The position numbers and the translations under genes are program-made. A DNA stretch of 25,191 bases from Bacteroidia bacterium (GTDB lineage Bacteria; Bacteroidota; Bacteroidia; Bacteroidales; VadinHA17): NCBI GenBank assembly GCA_026391215.1, contig JAPLDX010000052.1:1-25191 (forward strand), written 5' to 3'. The notes below the pieces were generated by a model. That model was given only the letters and a program-made list of their open reading frames with translations. It was not told the DNA's origin and did not search any database. This document shows, piece after piece, positions 17,535 to 25,191 of the stretch. Position 1 is the first letter of the stretch; every line of letters begins with the position of its first letter.

Positions 17535-18284
17535 TCAGATGATTTTTGCCTCATTCTGAAGAAGGTCAATGAGTTGTCCCGGATTTTCCGGATCGATGAA
17601 TTTGCAGGCTGACCGGGGAGCCGGTTTTTCAAAAACCGTTATTTCGGTCAGAGAATCAACTTCAACAGGTTCAATCACTTTCAAAGGTTTCGTCCTTGCC
17701 ATCATAATACCTCTCATAGCTGCAATCCTGGGTTCTTTGGCAATACCTTTCTGCACTATTGCCACGAACGGGGCCGGTACGGAAGTTACTTCCTTACCCC
17801 CGTCAATTTCACGAACGAGAACAGCCTGGCCATTTTCGATCTTTATACCCGAAACTGCCGAAACTGATGGTATCCCAAGGAATTCAGATATCATCCCGCC
17901 GACAAGAGAGCCGTTATAATCACTTGATTCAATGCCACACAAAATAATATCAAAATGCTCTTTCTTTATCACTTCGGCAAGCTGGGCTGATGTATAATAA
18001 GCGTCTGAAGACTCAGAGTTGATCCTTATTGCATCATCAGCTCCGATTGCCAGTGCTTTCCGTATAGTAGGTTCGGATGATGCCGTTCCTACATGTGCCA
18101 CTGTCACGGATTTTATTCCACTGGAAGGGTCATCCTTCAGCTCTAGGGCCCTGGTAAGGGAGAGTTCATCCCATGGATTTATAACCCACTGAATACCGGT
18201 TGTATCAACAGAGGTATTACTTTCATTAAATTTGATCTTTGTCGTTGTGTCAGGCACATTGCTTATACATACCAGAATCTTCAT
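17535..18284 (-). CDS. etfB: Electron transfer flavoprotein beta subunit
   Basis: MKILVCISNVPDT, INPWDE, KALAIGAD, REIDGG, EPR motifs. Confidence 0.96.
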   Translation of the reverse strand: MKILVCISNVPDTTTKIKFNESNTSVDTTGIQWVINPWDELSLTRALELKDDPSSGIKSVTVAHVGTASSEPTIRKALAIGADDAIRINSESSDAYYTSAQLAEVIKKEHFDIILCGIESSDYNGSLVGGMISEFLGIPSVSAVSGIKIENGQAVLVREIDGGKEVTSVPAPFVAIVQKGIAKEPRIAAMRGIMMARTKPLKVIEPVEVDSLTEITVFEKPAPRSACKFIDPENPGQLIDLLQNEAKII

Positions 18285-18362
18285 TTAGTCTGATTTTAAT
18301 TTTACCATTAGTATTCAACACATTACTGAAATCACAGGCCAGATCTGTCTGGTTTGAGGCGG

Positions 18363-18393
18363 CAAATATAACAATTTATGGTTCAGTTTCAAA
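18363..18393 (-). promoter_or_regulatory. sigmaA promoter of the etfB...ccsBA operon
   Basis: Minus strand: TTTG (18390-18393), 19-nt spacer, TATATTTG (18363-18370), about 80 bp upstream of the etfB ATG. Confidence 0.7.
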
Positions 18394-18570
18394 TCATCAA
18401 TATATCATTTTTTAAACATGTTCGAAGCCAGATTTATAGTTATCTTTTTAATTAACTGATTTTTATATACTAAAAATTCCATCATCTCAAATGTCGTTCG
18501 AAATAATGATTTTCCGGAAAATATATTTTAAATTCGCGACGCCTGAATTGTAATAATACCATTATGACAA

Positions 18571-19494
18571 TTGAATAAAAGCTTTGGAAAATATATTGCT
18601 ATCGTTCTGGCAATGATCTTCTGGTCTTTTTCTTTTATCTGGTATAAAATAGCCAATGAAATCTACAAGCCTCTGACAATTGTGTTTATCCGTCTTGTTA
18701 TTGCTGTAATACTGCTTACTACATTCCTATTCATAACCAGGGGCTTTGGGAAAATGAAAAAAGAAGACAGGAAATTGTTTTTTCTCCTTGCACTCTTTGA
18801 ACCCTTTTTCTATTTCCTCGGAGAAAGTCACGGACTTACTTATGTATCAGCTACTGTCGGCTCTGTTCTCATTTCAACAATACCGGTGATTGCAACCCTG
18901 GCTGCATGGATATTCTTTAAGGAGCGGTTGAAATTGATCAATTATGCAGGCATTGTTCTCTCATTTATCGGAGTGCTTATATTCATCATTAACAAAGACG
19001 GATCTGTCTCATTCAATATCAAAGGATTAACGCTTCTATTCATTGCAGTTATTTCGGCAGTCGGTTATAATCTCACTTTGAGCAGACTTATCGGGAGATA
19101 TAGCCCGGTGTATATCGTGACCATTCAGAATATCATCGGAGCAGTGCTTTTCCTTCCGGTTTTTCTGATTTTCGATTTTCATCAATTTGCCAGCACACCT
19201 TTCGTGGTAAAAAGCTTCATCCCGATACTTGAGCTTGCAGTTTTTGCTTCATGCGGAGCATTTATTCTATTTGCATATTCGATGAAACACATGGGAATTT
19301 CCAGGGCAAATGTCTTTACGAACTGCATCCCGGTTTTCACTGCTGTTTTTGCATTCATGATGCTTGGAGACAAGCTGACTGTACAGAACATCTTTGGAAT
19401 GCTGGTTGTGATTGCAGGACTTTTCATGTCGCAGATGAATGGCAGGCAGAAAAGCATTGATGATGGTCTTGGACTGACAGGCAAAACTGCATGA
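18571..19494 (+). CDS. DMT/EamA family transporter
   Basis: 307 aa, about 10 TM segments in two EamA repeats (FWSFSF, FIRL, FKERL, LGDKL); TTG start. Confidence 0.92.
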   Translation: MNKSFGKYIAIVLAMIFWSFSFIWYKIANEIYKPLTIVFIRLVIAVILLTTFLFITRGFGKMKKEDRKLFFLLALFEPFFYFLGESHGLTYVSATVGSVLISTIPVIATLAAWIFFKERLKLINYAGIVLSFIGVLIFIINKDGSVSFNIKGLTLLFIAVISAVGYNLTLSRLIGRYSPVYIVTIQNIIGAVLFLPVFLIFDFHQFASTPFVVKSFIPILELAVFASCGAFILFAYSMKHMGISRANVFTNCIPVFTAVFAFMMLGDKLTVQNIFGMLVVIAGLFMSQMNGRQKSIDDGLGLTGKTA

Positions 19495-19589
19495 TTACTC
19501 TTGCTGATATATACCATCCTCATTAATACTAATTTGCATTATTCCATCGTTTTACTAAAATCCTGCTATATTTGACAGTGTCAGGAAAT

Positions 19590-20630
19590 ATGGGAAAAAG
19601 AATCATATATCTTATTCTGGCAGGTATGCTGGTCAACGCCCTGAATGCGCAGACGGGGGGCGATAATATATATGAATTCCTGAACCTGACTCATTCCGGA
19701 CTTGTTTCATCCACAGGAGGAGCAAATGTGTCGCTGAACACAGAGAACCTTAATCTTGCATATCATAATCCAGCCTTGCTGAATGCAACCATGGATAAGA
19801 ATATAGCGTTGAATTATGTCAATTATTTTGCCGGAGTTAACTATGGCCTTGCTATGTATTCACGCTCATTTGCCGGCACAGGCAATTTTGCAGCCGGACT
19901 CACTTATCTGAATTACGGATCATTCACCGAAGCTGACGCATCTGGCATAATAATCGGTTCCTTCTCTGCATCAGAATACGCTTTATCAATGATCTATTCA
20001 AGGGAAATTGATACTCTTTTCTCGGTAGGAATCAATCTAAAGCCGGTATTATCACATCTTGAAAAATATACTTCATTCGGATTTGCAGTTGACGTTGGTG
20101 CCGGTTATCACAACCGTTCAGGTCTTTTTTCAGCAGGAGTCGTAATCAGGAATGTCGGACTCCAGGTTACCAGATATGCAGGGGAAGAACGTCAGAAACT
20201 ACCGTTTGAGATCCAGGCCGGTTTATCCCAGAAACTTGCATATGCACCTTTTCGTTTTTCACTGACACTGAAGCATCTTGAAAAATTTGATCTTACCTAT
20301 CAGTATAATGATAATGATACTGCTACAACCAAAACAAATTTTCTTCAATCCTCTGAATTTCTTGAAAATATGATGAGACATGTTGTTGTGGGAGTTGAAC
20401 TCATTCCTCATAAGAATTTTTATTTAAGTACCGGATTCAACTACCAGAGAAGAAGGGAGCTCCAGGTGGAATCGAAAATTGCAACAGCAGGTTTTTCGTG
20501 GGGATTCGGGATAATTACATCTATTATGAATATTGAATTCGGAAGAGCCACCTATCATCTTGCCGGATCATCAAATCATTTATCACTGATATTAAAAACT
20601 GACCAGATCTATAACAGGTTCAGAAAATAA
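19590..20630 (+). CDS. porQ: Type IX secretion system outer-membrane protein PorQ
   Basis: Signal peptide from ATG 19590, mature QTGGDNIYEFLNL, HNPALL, FNYQRRREL; lies upstream of cmk as usual in Bacteroidota. A TATATTTG promoter motif at 19567-19574 overlaps the track's TTG 19572, favouring the ATG start. Confidence 0.85.
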   Translation: MGKRIIYLILAGMLVNALNAQTGGDNIYEFLNLTHSGLVSSTGGANVSLNTENLNLAYHNPALLNATMDKNIALNYVNYFAGVNYGLAMYSRSFAGTGNFAAGLTYLNYGSFTEADASGIIIGSFSASEYALSMIYSREIDTLFSVGINLKPVLSHLEKYTSFGFAVDVGAGYHNRSGLFSAGVVIRNVGLQVTRYAGEERQKLPFEIQAGLSQKLAYAPFRFSLTLKHLEKFDLTYQYNDNDTATTKTNFLQSSEFLENMMRHVVVGVELIPHKNFYLSTGFNYQRRRELQVESKIATAGFSWGFGIITSIMNIEFGRATYHLAGSSNHLSLILKTDQIYNRFRK

Positions 20631-20674
20631 CAGTTTTGATTTTACGACAGTAATCTGTAACTTTATACTTTATG

Positions 20675-20766
20675 ACCCCCCACCCCCCCTAAAGAGGGGC
20701 AATAAACCCATCCTATTTTAATAGTAAGAGTGGGTTTTAACCCCCCTTCAGGGGGGACAGGGGGGT
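20675..20766. repeat. REP-doublet (REPIN-like) GC-rich inverted repeat between porQ and cmk
   Basis: accccccaccccccctaaagagggg (20675-20699) and ccccccttcaggggggacaggggggt (20741-20766) are imperfect reverse complements, each itself a small hairpin; inner pair aaaccca/tgggttt. Confidence 0.8.
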
Positions 20767-20776
20767 TATTTAGTAT

Positions 20777-21472
20777 ATGAAAAAGAAGCTAATCATAGCG
20801 ATTGACGGATACTCCTCCTGCGGGAAAAGCACATTTGCCAGAGCAATTGCAAAAGAGCTTAATTATATTTTTATTGACAGCGGGGCAATGTACAGATCGG
20901 TAACACTTTATGCATTAAGAAGAAAATATGTGGGAACCGGATCAATTGATGAACAGGGAATAGTCCAGGAGCTTAATGATATCCATATTGAGTTTGTTTA
21001 TAACCCCGATATTGCAGAATATGAGACGTTTCTGAACTCTGAAAATGTTGAAAGAGAGATCCGGGGCATTGAGGTTTCGGCACATGTAAGCAGAATAAGC
21101 CAGATCCCTGAAGTACGTTACCGGATGGTGGAACTGCAAAGACAGATAGGGGTTTATAAAGGTATTGTCATGGATGGCAGGGATATAGGAACTGTGGTTT
21201 TCCCGGATGCCGACCTGAAAATATTCATGACAGCCTCGGTGGATATAAGGGCAAAAAGAAGATTTGATGAATTAGAAGCCAAAGGCCTCAGGGTTGATTT
21301 TGATGAGATCCGCAAGAATATAATTTCCAGGGACATTACTGATGAGAACAGGGATATTAGTCCTCTCCGGCGGGCTGAAGATGCAATCATACTTGACAAC
21401 AGCAGGATGACAGTTGATGAGCAAATGACCTGGGTGTTCCGGATTATAGATGAAAAAATAAATGGTAGCTGA
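20777..21472 (+). CDS. cmk: Cytidylate kinase
   Basis: IAIDGYSSCGKST P-loop, DSGAMYR, MDGRDIGTVVFPDA, RDISPL. Confidence 0.97.
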   Translation: MKKKLIIAIDGYSSCGKSTFARAIAKELNYIFIDSGAMYRSVTLYALRRKYVGTGSIDEQGIVQELNDIHIEFVYNPDIAEYETFLNSENVEREIRGIEVSAHVSRISQIPEVRYRMVELQRQIGVYKGIVMDGRDIGTVVFPDADLKIFMTASVDIRAKRRFDELEAKGLRVDFDEIRKNIISRDITDENRDISPLRRAEDAIILDNSRMTVDEQMTWVFRIIDEKINGS

Positions 21473-22337
21473 GATTGATAAGAAATCAGGTTTTTGTTTC
21501 GGGGTGCAGAATGCGGTTGAGGTAGTAGAAAAAGCCCTTCTGAAGGGAGAAAAGGTCTTTTCACTGGGATCAATTGTACATAATGATAAAGAAGTGGAAC
21601 GTTTATCCGCCCTTGGACTTGTTACTATTGATCATGAACAATTCAATAAATTGAAGAACTGCAAAGTGCTTATTAGAGCACATGGAGAACCGCCTGAAAC
21701 ATATCAGACGGCTGAAAGAAATAATATTACAATCATTGAAGCAACCTGTCCGATTGTTAAGAAACTACAATCAAGGATCAAGGATACATGGCTTAAAACC
21801 AGGGAGAATAACGGCCAGATCATAATATTCGGGAAACCCGGTCATGCTGAGGTTGTAGGATTGCTCGGACAGACAAAAAATGAAGGAATTCTAGTCTCGG
21901 GACCGGATGATATCAGCAAAATAGATATAACAAAGCCAATCAGCCTTTTTGCACAAACAACAATGAGCGTCAGTGATTACCGTAATTTTGTAGGATTACT
22001 GCGCTCAGAGATGAAAAGAAAGGAGATCAGCGATCCTGAAAACCATCTGAATGTAAATAATACGATCTGCGGACAGGTTTCAAACAGGGAACCTCATTTG
22101 AAGTCCTTTGCCAGGAAACATGATGTTGTGGTGTTTGTAAGCGGGAAAGAGAGTTCAAACGGCAAAATGCTCTATTCTGTCTGCAAGAGGGTGAATCCTG
22201 ATACTCATTTTGTCTCTTCCCCTGATGAAATAGACAGGTCATGGTTCGCAGGCAAGAAATCAGCAGGGATATGTGGAGCTACATCGACTCCAAAATGGCT
22301 TATAGAAAAGGTATACGACATTATTTCAGAAATATGA
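21462..22337 (+). CDS. ispH: 4-hydroxy-3-methylbut-2-enyl diphosphate reductase
   Basis: GFCFGV, IVHN, RAHG, ATCP, HAEV, QTT, TIC, SSN, GATSTP motifs. Confidence 0.97.
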   Translation: MVAEIDKKSGFCFGVQNAVEVVEKALLKGEKVFSLGSIVHNDKEVERLSALGLVTIDHEQFNKLKNCKVLIRAHGEPPETYQTAERNNITIIEATCPIVKKLQSRIKDTWLKTRENNGQIIIFGKPGHAEVVGLLGQTKNEGILVSGPDDISKIDITKPISLFAQTTMSVSDYRNFVGLLRSEMKRKEISDPENHLNVNNTICGQVSNREPHLKSFARKHDVVVFVSGKESSNGKMLYSVCKRVNPDTHFVSSPDEIDRSWFAGKKSAGICGATSTPKWLIEKVYDIISEI

Positions 22338-23452
22338 AATCATCAAAAGTCTGGTTTACCAACCTCAGGACAAAACCGTCCCAGAATCTTATCAGAAAAC
22401 TTGAGATTCTTGTTACCAGGGCGGGTATAGAAAAAATTGATTTTCAAAGGAAAATCACTGCAATAAAGATTCATTTCGGGGAACCTGGCAACCTGGCATA
22501 CCTGAGGCCAAATTACGCTGCATGTATTGTAAAGCTACTGAAATCAAAAGGGGCTATTCCATTTCTAACTGATTGTAACACATTATATTTCGGAAGACGG
22601 TCAAATGCACCTTCACATCTGGAGGCTGCTTTCGAAAACGGATATAATCCAATCGCTACAGGTTGTCCGGTCATTATTGCAGATGGCATCAAAGGAACAG
22701 ATTCCCGGGAGATTGAGATTAATATGGAATTCACTGCAGTTGCAAAAATAGGAACAGCTATCACAGATGCCGATATTATTATTTCAATGAATCACTTTAA
22801 AGGGCATGAGGTAACAGGTTTTGGCGGTGCTTTGAAAAACCTCGGGATGGGTTGTGCGTCAGTTGGAGGTAAACTATTCCTGCATTCAGGCGCCTCCCCG
22901 AAAATCCATGAAAAGAATTGTACCGGATGCCGGATTTGTGAGAAGAATTGTGCTTATGAGGCTATCCATGTAGGGAAGGACAAAATAGCACATATTGATT
23001 ATGAAAAATGTATAGGCTGCGGACAATGTATTGCTGTATGCCAGTATGATTCAGCGCAGGTTGTCTGGCAGAATTCTTCAGAGATCGTTTGCAAAAGAAT
23101 TGCAGAATATGCTTATGCCGCGATAAAAGATAAACCATCTTTTCATATTAACTTCATAATGAATGTTTCACCCGAATGCGACTGCTGGGGATTTAATGAT
23201 TATCCGCTGGTTCCGGATATCGGAATAGCGGCATCATTTGATCCTGTTGCTCTTGATATGGCTTGTGCTGACCTGGTAAAAGCAACTCCTGCCCTTCCGG
23301 GCAGCACCATTTGCGTTAATCATGAAAATGGAGATCTCAGGGATAAGGATAAATTCAAGCTGGCACATCCTGACACTTTCTGGCAGGCGGGACTTGAACA
23401 TGCTGAAAAAACAGGACTTGGAAATCTTGCCTATGAATTAATAAATGTCTGA
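22334..23452 (+). CDS. DUF362 family FeS protein with inserted 2x[4Fe-4S] ferredoxin domain
   Basis: Likely start ATG 22334 (ATGA overlap with the ispH stop). Motifs AIKIHFGEPGN, HFKGH, GGALKNLGMGC, CTGCRICEKNC, CIGCGQCIAVC, SPECDC, DPVALD. Confidence 0.9.
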   Translation: MKSSKVWFTNLRTKPSQNLIRKLEILVTRAGIEKIDFQRKITAIKIHFGEPGNLAYLRPNYAACIVKLLKSKGAIPFLTDCNTLYFGRRSNAPSHLEAAFENGYNPIATGCPVIIADGIKGTDSREIEINMEFTAVAKIGTAITDADIIISMNHFKGHEVTGFGGALKNLGMGCASVGGKLFLHSGASPKIHEKNCTGCRICEKNCAYEAIHVGKDKIAHIDYEKCIGCGQCIAVCQYDSAQVVWQNSSEIVCKRIAEYAYAAIKDKPSFHINFIMNVSPECDCWGFNDYPLVPDIGIAASFDPVALDMACADLVKATPALPGSTICVNHENGDLRDKDKFKLAHPDTFWQAGLEHAEKTGLGNLAYELINV

Positions 23453-23509
23453 CAAAAATTTCAGTTAATTTTTTCTTATTAACTTCGCTGTCAATCTCCC
23501 TGAAGACTA

Positions 23510-24358
23510 ATGAATCCAAAAGTTAAAACTGCACGTCTTTCTATATTATCAAACACACTCTTGATAATAATGAAGGTCGTTGTCGGTATCCTTAGCGGTT
23601 CAGTAAGTATTATTTCTGAAGCCATACACTCATCGATGGACCTTGTTGCCGCTTTGATCGCTTTTTTCTCAGTCAGGGTTTCAGATACACCTCCTGATTC
23701 AAAACATCCATATGGGCATGGAAAAATTGAAAACATTTCCGGAGTGATAGAGGCCATCCTGATCTTTGCCGCAGCTGCCCTGATCATCACTGAGGCAATT
23801 AAAAAGTTGCTTGGCGCAGAGATAGAGCTGGAAAACCTCTGGGCAGGTTCATTGGTAATGGTTATCTCTGCTGTAGTCAATATTCTGGTCTCCAGAAGAT
23901 TATATAAGGTTGCGCGTGAAACTAAATCAGTGGCTCTTGAAGCTGATGCCCTTCATCTGAAAACTGATGTCTATACATCGATAGGTGTAGCGGTAGGTCT
24001 AGTGCTTATCCTGATTACAGGTATCAAATGGCTGGATCCCGTTGTAGCAATTCTGGTTGCTCTCTTCATTATCAAGGAATCCTATGAACTCCTAAGACGC
24101 GCCTTCTGGCCTCTTCTGGATTCAGCCTGGACCGAAGATGAAAAGAATAGCCTTGAAGAGAAGCTGAATGAGATGGGAGTGAATTACCATGATCTTCGTA
24201 CCCGTGTTGCCGGGAACTACAGGTTTATCGATATCCATGTGGAAGTTCCTCAGAATGAATCAGTCGGAGATGCTCACAAGTATTGCGATATGATCGAGGA
24301 TGAGCTAATGGCTACCTATGAGAATCTATCGGTTACAATACATATAGAACCGAGGTAA
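23510..24358 (+). CDS. Cation diffusion facilitator (FieF-like) metal transporter
   Basis: SEAIHSSMD, HPYGHGKIE, ADALHLKTD and C-terminal HIEP motifs. Confidence 0.95.
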   Translation: MNPKVKTARLSILSNTLLIIMKVVVGILSGSVSIISEAIHSSMDLVAALIAFFSVRVSDTPPDSKHPYGHGKIENISGVIEAILIFAAAALIITEAIKKLLGAEIELENLWAGSLVMVISAVVNILVSRRLYKVARETKSVALEADALHLKTDVYTSIGVAVGLVLILITGIKWLDPVVAILVALFIIKESYELLRRAFWPLLDSAWTEDEKNSLEEKLNEMGVNYHDLRTRVAGNYRFIDIHVEVPQNESVGDAHKYCDMIEDELMATYENLSVTIHIEPR

Positions 24359-24360
24359 AT

Positions 24361-24403
24361 AAAAAACCCGCTGTCGACTCGAAATTATGAGGATTTCAGC
24401 GGG
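24361..24403 (-). terminator. Intrinsic terminator between convergent genes
   Basis: cccgctg (24367-24373) / cagcggg (24397-24403) with an A6 tract at 24361-24366, which is a U-tract on the minus strand. Confidence 0.5.
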
Positions 24404-24441
24404 AGGAGCCAGGGAGATATAAATCCCGGTTCTATAGTTGA

Positions 24442-24915
24442 CTAAAAAATATACCTAATTGAAAGGGCGCCACCGTCAGCCCAGAAACCTGTATAACCTG
24501 AAAGATTAAAGGATGGTTTCCAATCGAGTCCTATATTTATCGGTATTTCACTGAAGCTATATTCCAATCCCAGTATCCCATCTATTCCGATAACAGTATA
24601 GCTTACACCAGGATCTCCCCATCCTTTGGTATAATCTCCGTTCCAGAAACCAACATGTCCGCCGAATCCTATATACCAATTCAATCTTTCTGCATTGAAA
24701 GCCTGGTTATGGAGTTCGTAGAGCCCCGTGATCTCAAATCCTCTCCACCTTGTAGCGAGGAGAAATTCAAGTGCCGACTTCTGGCTGATAAACTGCTTTA
24801 CAGTCAGACCCTGATTAAAGCCTAATCTAGCTCCAATCCCCGTTTTGTAATCCTGTGCATTGATGATCGAAGCAAGACAAACTAGAATTAAACATGTCAT
24901 TAAAAATTTTTTCAT
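24442..24915 (-). CDS. Small outer-membrane beta-barrel hypothetical protein
   Basis: Signal peptide ending INA/Q, alternating beta-strand pattern (GIDGILGLEY, LDWKPSFN), C-terminal aromatic RYIF. Confidence 0.85.
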   Translation of the reverse strand: MKKFLMTCLILVCLASIINAQDYKTGIGARLGFNQGLTVKQFISQKSALEFLLATRWRGFEITGLYELHNQAFNAERLNWYIGFGGHVGFWNGDYTKGWGDPGVSYTVIGIDGILGLEYSFSEIPINIGLDWKPSFNLSGYTGFWADGGALSIRYIF

Positions 24916-25014
24916 TGTATAATTATATTAATTATTAATCACTATGTAAAAGTAGTCTGATATCCCTACATAATTGTTACACAATTCGTTAATAGATTTA
25001 TATAATTCACACAT

Positions 25015-25191
25015 TTAATGATTTGTGGTATCTGCCAGTTTATGTCTGGTGACTTCTTTAAGCAGTTTATTATTCATAATCTTCAATTTATTTATTTCTA
25101 ATTTATCATCAATCTTTTTATCAATAAGTTGCATGCGCAAACGCTGTATTATATCTAATTTTTGTTCTAATAAATGATGTAATTCAAGAAG
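25015..25191 (-). CDS. 3' end of an unidentified, possibly coiled-coil protein (5' part outside window)
   Basis: Open from the window edge: LLELHHLLEQKLDIIQRLRMQLIDKKIDDKLEINKLKIMNNKLLKEVTRHKLADTTNH, stop TAA at 25015-25017; 58 open codons in very AT-rich DNA. Confidence 0.5.
   Translation of the reverse strand, partial: LLELHHLLEQKLDIIQRLRMQLIDKKIDDKLEINKLKIMNNKLLKEVTRHKLADTTNH

Noticed and set aside
22241-22333. N-terminal extension of the DUF362 ORF in the track
   Set aside because: Overlaps ispH by about 95 bp; ATG 22334 gives a coupled start and the family-like N-terminus MKSSKVWFT.
2141-23880. Numerous short antisense or alternate-frame ORFs overlapping the main genes
   Set aside because: Shadow ORFs of well-supported CDSs, with no recognisable motifs.

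Overview
Chromosomal window from an anaerobic Bacteroidota (probably Bacteroidales), inferred from SusC/SusD, porQ-cmk-ispH synteny, fused CcsBA and TAnnTTTG promoters. In order it holds: a partial flippase-like gene; tRNA-His followed by short palindromes and a decayed 21-bp heptad array; a SusC/SusD/lipoprotein locus with no CAZymes; a 285-bp MITE; a tightly packed 7-gene minus-strand operon (etfB, etfA, membrane FeS/CCG oxidoreductase, acyl-CoA dehydrogenase, heptaheme cytochrome c, diheme cytochrome b, ccsBA); a DMT transporter; porQ, cmk, ispH, a DUF362 FeS protein and a CDF transporter; and two minus-strand hypothetical genes. The main candidate for a new system is the operon, which appears to wire acyl-CoA oxidation through ETF and the quinone pool to a Geobacter CbcBA-like periplasmic multiheme module with its own maturase. 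Second is a set of at least four miniature palindromic element families, including a triply nested MITE inserted into a REP-like site and an 18-bp palindrome lying in frame inside a CDS. All family assignments come from motif recognition, not database searches.
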